DNA of 64,000 nucleotides from Gammaproteobacteria bacterium (GTDB lineage Bacteria; Pseudomonadota; Gammaproteobacteria; SG8-11): NCBI GenBank assembly GCA_031363085.1, contig JANLTU010000196.1, positions 53,585 to 117,584 of the forward strand, read 5' to 3'. Shown piece by piece: positions 27,882 to 38,331 of this stretch (position 1 is its first letter; each line of letters starts with the position of its first letter). The notes under the pieces were generated by a model. It saw only the letters and a program-made list of their open reading frames with translations, ran no database searches and was not told where the DNA came from. The position numbers and the translations under genes were made by a program.

Positions 27882-28073
27882 CTACTCGTCGTCGGTGCGC
27901 GCGCTAACACTCAGGTCGCCCTCGTGGTCGAACCGGATTCTCAGGTTGATGGGTTTGCAACACACTTGGCAATCTTCGATGTAATCCTGATCGCCGGCGG
28001 AAGCGTCAATCAAGATTTCGATTTGCTCGCCGCAATAGGGACAGACAATAAACTGCCCGTCGAGCATGCTCAT
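27882..28073 (-). CDS. CPXCG-motif cysteine-rich zinc-ribbon protein, 63 aa.
   Basis: CPYCGEQI…CQVCCKP (CxxC…CxxCC). Confidence 0.65.
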   Translation of the reverse strand: MSMLDGQFIVCPYCGEQIEILIDASAGDQDYIEDCQVCCKPINLRIRFDHEGDLSVSARTDDE

Positions 28074-28461
28074 TGAACCACCGTACTAAATGACCGAAGT
28101 GCGTGAGTGTTTAACGACATGGCTGTACCCTCTTTTGCTTACACTTCATTGCCGCAGCCACTGCCGGCGCTGCCGGTTGCTCCGGTAGTTTAGGCGCGGC
28201 TGAAAATTTAATGTCAATACAAGGTATTTCATGCCCGAAACATACCCAAGCGCACCGGTATTTTGGCTGCGCTTCCGTCTTGCGCCTGCTCACTCATCAG
28301 TGCTTAAGAATTCGCGGATATGCTGCGCGGCGCTTGGCGTTCGTGCGTTACGGCTATTTATCAGTAATGCGGCATGCTCGACTTTTCTCGCGCTTAAACC
28401 CGGCAAAATTAACCGTATTACCAAACCGAATTTTTGAATTCTATTACGAGAACATCGCATC

Positions 28462-30951
28462 GTGAACCACAAAACAAAACTCGCAACGTTGATCCGCCGC
28501 CGACTGGGCGCGCTGTGCGCCATCAGCACCGTGTTATTCACCGCATGCGTACAAGAAGCGCAAAATAATCAGGGCAGCGCGCCGAATCCGGTTGCGCCAC
28601 CTCCACCAACCACCAATGTTGTTGTGCCTGCAATTTCCATTGATTCGCCGCTCAATAATTCCGTAGTCGCGGGCACGGTGACCATCACCGCAACCACAAC
28701 CGGCTACGCCAACGCCGTGAATGTTCAGTACCAACTTGATGAAACCAATTTTGGCAGCGCTCAAACCCAGCCGCCTTACAGCCTTGCCTGGAACACCACG
28801 GAATATACCAACCGATCCTACCGGTTAAGCGCTATCGCAAGCGACATGGCGGGGAACAGCGTGCGCTCGACGACAATAACATTCACCGTGAATAATCTTT
28901 ACGACACCCAGAGCCCAACCGCGCCCACCCAAGTCACTGCAACGCCGGCATCGGCAAGCCAAATCAATCTCGCGTGGAATGCCGCCTCAGACAATATTGG
29001 TGTGGCGGGATACCGCGTGTACCGCAACGGAACCAACATCGCAACCGCCGGAACACCCAGTTATGCGGATGCTTCAGTGGCGCCTTCATCGCAGTATTCC
29101 TACACCGTCACCGCCTACGATGCGGCCGGGAATGAAAGCCCGCAGAGCGCTCCTCCGGTACTTGCAACCACACCGTCCTCGGACCCCACACCACCGACCG
29201 TGTCGTTCACCAACCCCAGCAATAACTCCAGCGTTGCCAACAGCGTGCTTGTTACCGCCTCGGCCAGTGACAACGTGGGCGTCGTGGGCGTGCAATTCAA
29301 ATTGGACAATAGCAATTTGGGCGTGGAAGTCACCAGCCCACCGTATAGCGTTGCTTGGAATACAAAGTCCGTTACTACGCCCTCGCATACGTTAACCGCC
29401 GTGGCACGTGATGCCGCCGGCAACAGCGCATCGGCGACGATTACCGTAACCGTAGCTAACCCAGTGCTCGATACCACCGCACCCGGTGCACCCACGAATC
29501 TGACCGCCACGCCGGCTTCCGCGTCGCAGATCAATCTTGCGTGGAGCGCAGCAACGGACAACGTCGCCGTCACCGGCTATAAGGTCTATCGCACGGGCGC
29601 GGGGTTACCTCTTGCAACCACGACCACGACGAGTTTTTCGAATACCGGACTTACATCGTCGGCACAGTATTCCTACGCCGTCACCGCCATAGACGCCGCC
29701 GGCAATGAGAGCCTGTCAAGTATTGCCGCCTCGGCAAGCACCCCCTCCTCCGATCCAACGCCACCGACGGTATCGTTCGCCAGCCCCACCAATAACGCCG
29801 TCGTATTCGGCACCGTAACCATCGCCGCATCGGCCAGCGACAATGTCGGCGTGGTGGGCGTACAATTTAAATTGGACAATAGCAATTTAGGCGCGGAAAT
29901 TACGAACGGATTGTATAACTACGCGTGGGACACCACTGCCGTTAGCAGCGGGAATGGGCTACATACGCTAATCGCGGTCGCGCGCGATGCCGCAGGAAAC
30001 AGCTCATCGGCGACGCTAACCATCACCGTCAGTAACCCGGTGGCGGATATCCAAGCACCCACCACGCCGACCACTCTGACCGCAACGCCGCTGTCGTCGT
30101 CACAGATTAATCTTGCCTGGGGCGCCTCCACCGACAACGTCGGCGTTAGCGGCTACAAGATCTATCGCAACGGCTCGCTGATCGCGACCACAGCAGCGAC
30201 CAACTATTCCAATACCGGGCTCATCGCCTCAACCAGTTACTCCTACACCGTTGCGGCCTATGACGCGGCCAGCAATTTGTCTGGCCAAACAAGCGCCGTT
30301 CAGGCAACCACGCTGGCCGGTTCGACCAAGAAAAGTTATTCAACTAATTTTGACGGCAGCGAACATCCCATCTCAGAAGGCGGCGCATGGTCACACAATG
30401 GTTTAGATTGGGCGATGATCCAAACGGGCGGTGGTATTGCCTACGGCACACAGACTGGTAGTAACGGCAGTGGCTACGATGACTCTTACGCTACGCTTTC
30501 GGGGTTCGCCCCTGATCAGACTGCCTCGGCTGTAATACAGCTCGCCAACATAAGTGGAGACAAGTGCTCATATGAAGCCGAATTACACTTGCGCTGGAGC
30601 GACTCTGCGCATATCGCAAAAGGGTATGAAGTCGTTACTAGCTACACTGGCAGTTACGTTCAAATTGTTAGATGGAATGGCGCGTACGCAGATTTCGCTT
30701 ATTTGCCAACCACTGGCATACAACAATATCCGGGCTTAAAAAATGGCGACGTGTTTTCAGCCAAGATTGTTGGCAATGTTATCACCGCTTACGTCAATGG
30801 CAGTTTGGTCGCCCAAGCAACCGATTCGTCGCCTATTACCACCGGCAATCCCGGGATCGGTTTCTTCCGTCGAACAGTACCCGCGCTCGACTGCCAAACG
30901 GTTTCTAACTCCGCTTTTGGTTTCACGAGCTTCACCGCAACCGATAACTAA
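28462..30951 (+). CDS. Surface lipoprotein with three alternating bacterial Ig-like and fibronectin-III modules and a ~270-aa C-terminal beta-sandwich (lectin/LamG-like) domain.
   Basis: Lipobox LFTAC. FN3-like units (…ATPASASQINLAWNAASDN.GV.GY.VYRNG…Y.Y.V.A.DAAGNES) and Ig-like units (PTPPTVSF.NP.NN..V…V…ASASDNVGVVGVQFKLDNSNLG…AWNT…H.L.AVARDAAGNS). The modules recur as near-identical DNA repeats with ~570-bp period. Confidence 0.8.
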   Translation: MNHKTKLATLIRRRLGALCAISTVLFTACVQEAQNNQGSAPNPVAPPPPTTNVVVPAISIDSPLNNSVVAGTVTITATTTGYANAVNVQYQLDETNFGSAQTQPPYSLAWNTTEYTNRSYRLSAIASDMAGNSVRSTTITFTVNNLYDTQSPTAPTQVTATPASASQINLAWNAASDNIGVAGYRVYRNGTNIATAGTPSYADASVAPSSQYSYTVTAYDAAGNESPQSAPPVLATTPSSDPTPPTVSFTNPSNNSSVANSVLVTASASDNVGVVGVQFKLDNSNLGVEVTSPPYSVAWNTKSVTTPSHTLTAVARDAAGNSASATITVTVANPVLDTTAPGAPTNLTATPASASQINLAWSAATDNVAVTGYKVYRTGAGLPLATTTTTSFSNTGLTSSAQYSYAVTAIDAAGNESLSSIAASASTPSSDPTPPTVSFASPTNNAVVFGTVTIAASASDNVGVVGVQFKLDNSNLGAEITNGLYNYAWDTTAVSSGNGLHTLIAVARDAAGNSSSATLTITVSNPVADIQAPTTPTTLTATPLSSSQINLAWGASTDNVGVSGYKIYRNGSLIATTAATNYSNTGLIASTSYSYTVAAYDAASNLSGQTSAVQATTLAGSTKKSYSTNFDGSEHPISEGGAWSHNGLDWAMIQTGGGIAYGTQTGSNGSGYDDSYATLSGFAPDQTASAVIQLANISGDKCSYEAELHLRWSDSAHIAKGYEVVTSYTGSYVQIVRWNGAYADFAYLPTTGIQQYPGLKNGDVFSAKIVGNVITAYVNGSLVAQATDSSPITTGNPGIGFFRRTVPALDCQTVSNSAFGFTSFTATDN

Positions 30952-31188
30952 GCACAGGCACGCGAAAAATAAATTGTGCCCGCGCTTTTACAGTTGTCGA
31001 AGCTTCGGGTAACCCAAGCCCAACTGTAGAATCGCACAGCAGAGGCGAAGGTTCGCGTGCAACGTAGGGTTATACGCTTAACTCAAGAATTAGCGGCTCA
31101 CTGCCGCGCTTCATAAAAAGTCAACAACATCGCCCTAAGCCGAAAGAATTGATCGCAACGTCATCCCGCACCGCGCACTGCCGGGCCG

Positions 31189-31830
31189 TTATTTCTTCGG
31201 CACCGGAGTCCCGCCCGCTTCCTCGCTGCTGCGGTTCGCGCCGCGCAGCTTTTCGGTGTGACGGCCCAGCACATGCGTGAACAAGGCTTGGCGCTCGGTG
31301 ACCGACAGCGCCGGAAATTTAATGCCGATACGAAAAGGCTGCTCGGGATCTTTGCCTTCGCGTGCGCAGTGCGTAACTTCGCCATAGGCGGTAACGACCA
31401 GATTTGACGACACCACCACGAGGCGCACTTCCACCGGCGTGTTGGGCAGTAATTCGGTGCTCACGTTAAACGACACACCGCCGGCGCTGAGGTTGACTTT
31501 TTTGTTTGGTTTGACGGCCTTGAACGGCTCGCCGGTTTTTGACACCACCTTGGCTAACAGATCCACCTTTTTGTTGATGGCCTCCAGACAACGCGCAATC
31601 GCCGTGTTGGTTTGTTTGATGCTTTCGATCAACGGATGAATCTGCGCATTGACGGCAGTGAGATCCGACAACACATCATTCGCACGCACATCCTTGCGCA
31701 AGGCCGGCATTTTGCTTTTATCACGCGGCACTTCTGTCAAAACCCGGAACTCGATATACACTTCGTCGTCGATGCGGAAAAAATTACGCTCATCGCTGTG
31801 CGAGCCCGGCGTGCGTCGGCTACCCGACAT
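31189..31830 (-). CDS. PilZ-domain (c-di-GMP-binding) protein.
   Basis: N-terminal R-rich motif (RRTPGSH…ERNFFR) and VNLSAGGVSF resembling the PilZ D/NxSxGG motif. Confidence 0.55.
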   Translation of the reverse strand: MSGSRRTPGSHSDERNFFRIDDEVYIEFRVLTEVPRDKSKMPALRKDVRANDVLSDLTAVNAQIHPLIESIKQTNTAIARCLEAINKKVDLLAKVVSKTGEPFKAVKPNKKVNLSAGGVSFNVSTELLPNTPVEVRLVVVSSNLVVTAYGEVTHCAREGKDPEQPFRIGIKFPALSVTERQALFTHVLGRHTEKLRGANRSSEEAGGTPVPKK

Positions 31831-32284
31831 AGAAAATCTCTCCTGTGGTCATCCCTGAATTTTTTCTAATTTCAGATTAAGCGTTTATCGGCATGACATG
31901 CTCATGGCTAAATACCGACTCAAGTTCGATGCAAACGGCTTTCAATCCGCATCGCCTTGAGACTTGCCGCCTACATTAACGGCGCATGCGGACCTTTCTG
32001 TAAAGATGACGGTGCCATGGATGCAATGCCGAAGTAAACCATGTAAATAGTGCTGTGCGCTGCGCGAATCACGCATCGCGGCCGGCTCCATGCGTAACGT
32101 GCTGGAGCAGATCAGACTCAAAGGCCGGTTACTGCAACACAGTGGCGATTTTGAAAGTAACTGTCATGTGAACCCATCGACAAAACCGCCATAGCAAACG
32201 CCGTAGCCGCCACAAAAGCTCGGTAATAGCCGGCAAAAAAACCTTAGCGGTGCGATATACTGTGCGCCTCGATTCATTCACTTT

Positions 32285-33868
32285 GTGTGCGTATCCATGC
32301 TCTTCTTTTGCCTTGATCGTCGGTTCGCATTTGCGTTTACCGTGGCACTTACTCTGGGAATCGTCGTCGCCTGCGCGCGCAATCCCGTCACTGGCAAAAC
32401 CGAATTGCAGCTCGTGTCGGAACTGCAGGAAGTCCAAATCGGCGCGCAAAATTACCTCACCGCGCGGCAGTCGCAAGGGGGCGACTGGGTGGTCGACGCG
32501 GAGCTCGGCGACTACGTGAGCAGCGTCGGCAAAAAATTAGTCAAGGTCAGCGACCGACCGGAACTTCCCTACGAATTCACCGTGCTCAACAACTCAGTGC
32601 CCAATGCCTGGGCACTGCCGGGCGGAAAAATCGCCGTGAATCGCGGCTTGCTGCTTGAGTTGAACAATGAAGCGGAACTGGCCGCCGTGCTCGGCCACGA
32701 AATCGTTCATGCCGCCGCCCGTCACGGCGCCAAGGCAATGGAACGCGGCCTGTTGCTGCAAGCGGGTGTGATGGGTTTAGGCGTGGCCGTCGGCGACAAA
32801 GACGGTAGCGCGCTGTTGGTCGGCGCAGGTGTACTGGGCGCGCAACTCATCGGTAAAAAATACGGCCGCGATGCAGAGCTGGAGTCAGATCGATATGGCA
32901 TCACCTATATGGCGCGCGCCGGTTACGATCCACGTGCGGCTGTCACACTGCAAGAAACCTTTGTGCGTTTGTTCAAGGGCGAAAAATCCGGCTGGTTGGA
33001 GGGCATGTTCGCTTCTCACCCACCTTCGCCGGAACGCGTTGAAGCCAATAAAGCCACGGCGGCAACGTTCGCGCCGTCAGGGTTGCTGGGTGCCGAAGCT
33101 TATCAAGAGCAAATTGCGCTGTTGAAAAAAACCCGCGAGGCATACAACAAGCTCGACGAGGGTCGCAAAGCATTGGCTGCCAACAATGCCGATGCGGCAC
33201 TGGCCGCCGCCGATGCCGCACTAAAAATCGAGCCGCGCGAAGCGCTGTTCTACGGTTTGCGCGGCGATGCCAAAATCAAACAAAAACGTCTGCTCGACGC
33301 GCTTACAGATTTCGATCTCGCCATTGCGCGTAACCGCGACTATTTCCAGTTTTATTTACAGCGCGGTTTGATCAAACAACAATTACGCGACGCTGACGCG
33401 CGTGCTGATCTAGAAAAAAGCGTGGCCTTGCTGCCCACAGCCGTCGCACATTTAGCGTTGGGCGATGACGCCCTCAAACGCAACGACAAGGATTCCGCCA
33501 AGCAGAATTTCGCACTCGCGGCGCAATCCGAATCTGATGTCGGCAAGCGCGCAACGCTCCAGCTCGCACGTCTCGATTTAGCCGACCATCCGGAAAAATA
33601 CCTCGGCGTGGATAGCGCACGCGACGCGCGCGGTTACGTCACCGTGAGCGTACAAAACCGTTCGCCGATCAAAATCAAGAACCTGAAAGTTGCCGTGGCC
33701 TTATTCGATACCGCCGGCCAGATTGTCGCGCAGGATTCACTGACGCTGTCCGCCACACTCGACCTGCGCACCTCGATCACCGAATCGACGCGCGTCGGCC
33801 CCCTGCCCACCGATCAGGATTTAGCGCGTGTACGCGTGAAAGTATTTTCGGCGGAACTGGCCGAGTGA
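32285..33868 (+). CDS. M48-family zinc metalloprotease with C-terminal TPR region (BepA/YfgC-like). Probable lipoprotein.
   Basis: HExxH (VLGHEIVHAAARHG) with downstream glutamate. TPR-like helices in the C-terminal half. Lipobox VVAC. Confidence 0.8.
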   Translation: MCVSMLFFCLDRRFAFAFTVALTLGIVVACARNPVTGKTELQLVSELQEVQIGAQNYLTARQSQGGDWVVDAELGDYVSSVGKKLVKVSDRPELPYEFTVLNNSVPNAWALPGGKIAVNRGLLLELNNEAELAAVLGHEIVHAAARHGAKAMERGLLLQAGVMGLGVAVGDKDGSALLVGAGVLGAQLIGKKYGRDAELESDRYGITYMARAGYDPRAAVTLQETFVRLFKGEKSGWLEGMFASHPPSPERVEANKATAATFAPSGLLGAEAYQEQIALLKKTREAYNKLDEGRKALAANNADAALAAADAALKIEPREALFYGLRGDAKIKQKRLLDALTDFDLAIARNRDYFQFYLQRGLIKQQLRDADARADLEKSVALLPTAVAHLALGDDALKRNDKDSAKQNFALAAQSESDVGKRATLQLARLDLADHPEKYLGVDSARDARGYVTVSVQNRSPIKIKNLKVAVALFDTAGQIVAQDSLTLSATLDLRTSITESTRVGPLPTDQDLARVRVKVFSAELAE

Positions 33869-34953
33869 GCACGAGCGCGTCGACCTGGGACGTCGCGCGG
33901 CAGTTCGATTTCGGCGCCCGGTTGCGCGACGTGCGCGCCCACGGTTGCGGCCTGATCAACGACACCTACCTCGTCACGCTCGACCGCGCGTTGCCACACC
34001 ATGCCATTCTGCAACGCATCAATAGCAAGGTATTCCCGCAGCCACGACACATCATGCAGAACCTGCGCGTGCTGGTGGATCATGCGCGACGTTTTACATC
34101 ACAACCCGGCGCCTTACTGCAAATTCCGGACTTGTACCGCGCACATGACGGCCATGATTTCGCACTCGATGCTGAAGGCAATTATTGGCGTGCGCTGCAC
34201 TTCATTGCCGATACCCGCGCGCTTGATCACCTCGCGAATCCGACCCAGGCGCACAATATCGGTGGTGCGCTCGGTGGCTTTCATGCGCTGCTCAATGAAT
34301 TGCCCACCGAACGTTTGCACACTACCTTACCCGGCTTTCACATCGCGCCGAATTATCTGGCGCACTTCGATACCGTCAGAGCCCGCGCTGCCATCGATGC
34401 TGACACGGCTGCCGCCTGCGAATTCGTGGCACCGCGCCGCGCGCTCGCCGCCACGCTCGAACACGGCAAACGCGCCGGCGTGCTACCGCTGCGCGCCGCT
34501 CATGGCGATCCAAAGCTCGACAATTTTTTATTCGACGCACACAGTGATCGCGTCGTCAGCTTGATCGATCTCGACACCGTACAACCCGGCCTGATTCATT
34601 ACGATCTCGGTGACTGTCTGCGTTCCTGCTGCAACCGCAGCGGCGAGTCGTCCGCCGACCCGGCAAACACGCAATTCGATTTAGAGTTGTGCGGCGCAAT
34701 TCTGCGTGGCTACGTCGACGCCGCACGCGAGTTTTTAACCGCACCTGACTTTGACTTCATCTACGACGCCATCCGCTTGATTCCCTTTGAATTGGGATTG
34801 CGCTTTCTAACCGACCACCTAGAAGACGACGTATATTTTAAAACCCAAACGCATGGCCAAAACCTGCACCGCGCACGCGTGCAGTTTCAATTGACCGCCC
34901 GCATCGAGCAAAACGAAACTGCGATTCGCAACCTGATTGCGGACTTGCGTTAA
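33865..34953 (+). CDS. Aminoglycoside-phosphotransferase-like (APH/choline-kinase fold) kinase.
   Basis: Brenner motif HGDPKLDN and metal-binding IDLDTV. GTG start overlaps the upstream stop (GTGA). Confidence 0.75.
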   Translation: MSTSASTWDVARQFDFGARLRDVRAHGCGLINDTYLVTLDRALPHHAILQRINSKVFPQPRHIMQNLRVLVDHARRFTSQPGALLQIPDLYRAHDGHDFALDAEGNYWRALHFIADTRALDHLANPTQAHNIGGALGGFHALLNELPTERLHTTLPGFHIAPNYLAHFDTVRARAAIDADTAAACEFVAPRRALAATLEHGKRAGVLPLRAAHGDPKLDNFLFDAHSDRVVSLIDLDTVQPGLIHYDLGDCLRSCCNRSGESSADPANTQFDLELCGAILRGYVDAAREFLTAPDFDFIYDAIRLIPFELGLRFLTDHLEDDVYFKTQTHGQNLHRARVQFQLTARIEQNETAIRNLIADLR

Positions 34954-34979
34954 GCACGCCCAGAAAACGATCCAAGCAC

Positions 34980-35698
34980 TCACTCGGCCCGCTGCCACAC
35001 CCGCACATCGATAGCATTTCGCTTGGCGACACGTCGCTGTTGTGCGATGGCCAACGAAAGAAAGCCCACCATCAACAACAACAGCGTGCTTGGCTCATCT
35101 ATTTTCAGCAGCTTCCAATAACCGGTGCCGCCAACACAATTGGCCGGATGATAACATGCACCCGGAGAATCACTGCCTAGCGAGGCGATGGTAAACAAGC
35201 TGTCTCGACTGCTCATTCCCACGTCGGTGTACATGTCATTCAGATACATGGACCCGGTTAAAAACTCACCAAACGTCACATCAAAATTCCAGTAACCTGG
35301 GCTGACCACGATGTCATTGGCCAAAAGGCCGCGTGCCCCACAGTAGGGGCTCAAACCATAGCCTGGAGAATGGCCGCACTCTGAGGAGCGTAACTGGATT
35401 GGATCGGTGAAGCCCCGATCCACTGAGGGCGTGGAATCGAAATTCACGGGCGTGGCAAAGTCGATGGATTCGACGCCGAAATACGGTGCGGGGTCACTTG
35501 AATGCGCCGTGCGATGGGTAAACGCCCCGCCGTAGGTCCAAATGCTTTCGTCAAACGCAATGGATGCTTTAATTGGTCCCACGTTGCTGTTGGACGCAAC
35601 GTCGTACCAGTTGTAAATGACTACAGCACCCACATTCGTGGTTAATAGCCCAAAAAGCAACGCGCCGCTGATGCAACCAAATTTAAAGTGTTTCATTT
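34980..35698 (-). CDS. PEP-CTERM sorting-signal protein. The ORF is open to 35801.
   Basis: Signal peptide (MKHFKFGCISGALLFGLLTTNVGA). C-terminus …IDEPSTLLLLMVGFLSLAIAQQRRVAKRN is a PEP-like motif plus TM helix plus basic cluster. A GGAGG RBS lies upstream of the 35698 start. Confidence 0.7.
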
Positions 35699-35901
35699 GC
35701 AACCTCCCCATGTGCCGGAAAATACAGCTCACGCACTGATACTGTGAATCTGTATTTCTACTGTAGGGAAGAATGGGCTGCGCCGCTGTTCGGCATCGCA
35801 CATGCGCGTTGTGTGAATTTACGCATCAAGGTCAAGCCTCGCACTCGACGCTGTTCAGCCGGGCGCTGCGCTGAATAACATCGCGTCACGGATACGAGCA
35901 T

Positions 35902-36156
35902 TCAGCGTGTTAGCGCCTCCAGCCGCGTGAGTATCGCCAAACCTTCTGCACGTGTTGCACCGCAGGTGTCGAGGGCGGAACGAAAGCCGCGACACACCGC
36001 CGGACGCTCCGCTAGGCCAAATAGCCGGCAAAGAAAGTCGTCACCGAGTTGGATACAACGCACCCCTGCCGGTTTGCCTCGCGGCATGCCGGGAATGAAC
36101 GACGAAATCGACGGCGCGATGCAACAAGCACCGCAACCGGGACGGCAATCCATCAA
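35902..36156 (-). CDS. YkgJ-family cysteine-cluster (zinc/iron-chelating) protein.
   Basis: CRPGCGACC…C…C pattern, 84 aa. Start overlaps the upstream stop. Confidence 0.7.
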   Translation of the reverse strand: MMDCRPGCGACCIAPSISSFIPGMPRGKPAGVRCIQLGDDFLCRLFGLAERPAVCRGFRSALDTCGATRAEGLAILTRLEALTR

Positions 36157-37080
36157 AAATTATCCTGTTCGACTTCAAGAAAAGTGCGGTTGACGGCCAT
36201 GCCCATCAACTCGTCGAAACTCACCATCGTGCGCCACTCGCTCAAGTCGAGCGTCTTGCGAATCTCCGCGTCGGACAGTCCCTTTTTGTAACCCGCCTCC
36301 ACCGCCGCATAGAGCTTGGCCATACGTGCGCGCATTTCCGGCACCTGCTGCGGCAGCATCAGCGGCCCGTGCCCGGGAACGATGGTCTTGACATCCAGCG
36401 CCGCGACTTGGTCGAGCGTGGCAATCCAATGCTTGACATGGGCGTCACGGAAACTCGGCGCCATGTCTTGCACCAGAATGTCGCCCGCAATCAGGATTTT
36501 TTCGTCGGGTAGGACGATCATCATGTCGCCCGGAGAATGCGAACCCAGCGGCACGATAAAACGCAGCTTCACGCCGTCGATGAGGCGCTCCGTCGTGCTG
36601 CCATCGGCGAAGGTGATGCTCGCCGACACCCGCTTGGTGTTGGGAAATTTCCGCCCCAGCACATTCTCAATAATGCCAATCCACTCGTAATCGGGGCTTT
36701 CGAGCAACTCTTTGCATTTTTGCGAACTCAGCACCTGCGCACCCGGAAACGCACTGTTGCCCAAGGTGTGGTCGCCATGGTGATGGGTATTGACAATATG
36801 CGTGACGGGCTTGGGCGTGAGCGCGGCAATGCGTGTGCGAAGGAGCGTACCGATTTCGTCGGTTAAGCCGGTGTCGATCAGAATCACACCGTGCTCACCG
36901 ATGATCACGGTGCTGTTGACCATGTAACCGCCGTTCTTCTTGTCCGGCAAACCTTCTGGCCCGAGCAGAGCATAGACATGCTCGGTAAGCTTTTCCACCT
37001 TGGGCGTCGGCAGCGCTGCATATGTCGACACCGTGTGCAATGTGACCATCACCATCGCTAACAAACGCACGAAAACATGC
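36153..37080 (-). CDS. Secreted MBL-fold metallo-hydrolase. The ORF is open to 37211.
   Basis: HxHxDH motif (NTHHHGDHTLGN) and distal H and D residues. A signal-peptide-like segment VRLLAMVMVTLHTVSTYAA. Confidence 0.8.
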
Positions 37081-37271
37081 TTGCTTCGTGTGGTTAGCGT
37101 GCGTATCGGAGGTGTCGCCAAGGCCGCATTGGACTTCAACGATTGGTAAAATTCTTCCACTTTCCACCGTATTTTGTTGATGGTGATGACAGTCTGCTGT
37201 TGAGCGTGCAATCGCTATACACCCGAAGCAATAGACTCGTGCTACCGCCCTTGATCAGATGTCTCGCTCGC

Positions 37272-37874
37272 TTAACAGTGGGCCCGATGATTTTTCGCCA
37301 GATATTGCTGGTGATAATCTTCCGCGAAATAAAACTCCGGCGCGTCGATGATCTCGGTGGTAATTGCTGCGCGGCCCTGCGCCGCGAGATTTTTCTGCTG
37401 ATGATCACGCGACGCCAGTGCGATGGTTTGTTGCGCGGCGCTATAGGCATAGATCCCGGAGCGGTATTGCGTACCCACATCAGGGCCCTGCTGCATCCCC
37501 TGCGTGGGATCGTGCGCTCCCCAGAATAACGCGAGCAGTTGCTCGAAGCTGACCTGGGCGGGATCGTATACCACGCGCACGACTTCGTTATGGCCGGTCA
37601 TGCCGCTGCACACTTCTTCGTAACTGGGATTACGCGTGTAGCCACCGGCATAACCCGCTGCGGTGACGTAAACACCCGGCATCAACCAGAATTTGCGTTC
37701 CACACCCCAAAAACACCCCATGCCAAACAACACTATTTCCAGGCCGGCTGGAAACGGGCCGGCCATCGGGCGCTGATTAACAAAGTGCTGTGCAGATACA
37801 GGCATTTTTTGCTCCCGGCCCGGCAGCGCTGCTTCACGAGTGGGCATGCGGGTTTTCTTTTCGCGCCAGAGCAT
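37272..37874 (-). CDS. msrA: Peptide-methionine (S)-S-oxide reductase.
   Basis: Active-site GMGCFWG plus [12 protein letters not shown], a typical MsrA core. Confidence 0.9.
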   Translation of the reverse strand: MLWREKKTRMPTREAALPGREQKMPVSAQHFVNQRPMAGPFPAGLEIVLFGMGCFWGVERKFWLMPGVYVTAAGYAGGYTRNPSYEEVCSGMTGHNEVVRVVYDPAQVSFEQLLALFWGAHDPTQGMQQGPDVGTQYRSGIYAYSAAQQTIALASRDHQQKNLAAQGRAAITTEIIDAPEFYFAEDYHQQYLAKNHRAHC

Positions 37875-37954
37875 GGGGGTCTCCTAAGATTAAGTGGGTC
37901 GCAACTCTAACTACTTGTACTTGGTCGCAAATGGTGTGCTGGCCTTACAGCACT

Positions 37955-38308
37955 TCAGGGCACGCGTTGCCAGTTTTCTTCGTGGCCCGTCGCCGCACGC
38001 AGCGACAAGGCTTGATCGGTCAGTTCAAGAATTGCGTCGCTGGAACTGTAACCTGCTGCAAGGCTGGCGACGCTGGATTCAATGATTAACAAATTCAGGT
38101 ACCCGCGCTTGAAGCGCCACGAGCCTGTGTATTTGCCGTCCGGTGTTGCATTGCCGGCAAAATCGACGTGCTGCAAACTGCCGCTGAGGCTGCCGTCGGC
38201 GCGCAGGTCAAGATGATTCAGGCGACTGCCGTCATTGCTTTCCCACGCACCAACCAGTTGTTGCTCAGGCCCGCCGCACGCCGCTAGCACAACGCCACAC
38301 AACGCCAT
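37955..38308 (-). CDS. Small hypothetical lipoprotein. The ORF is open to 38443 but that would overlap the upstream gene.
   Basis: MALCGVVLAACGGPEQQ contains the lipobox LAAC. Confidence 0.4.
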   Translation of the reverse strand: MALCGVVLAACGGPEQQLVGAWESNDGSRLNHLDLRADGSLSGSLQHVDFAGNATPDGKYTGSWRFKRGYLNLLIIESSVASLAAGYSSSDAILELTDQALSLRAATGHEENWQRVP

Positions 38309-38331
38309 GGTGGCGACGTGGCGTAACAGCC

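Noticed and set aside
28900..30300. Possible CRISPR or IS-related periodic DNA repeats.
   Set aside because: The ~570-bp periodicity lies wholly inside a coding region and corresponds to Ig/FN3 protein modules.
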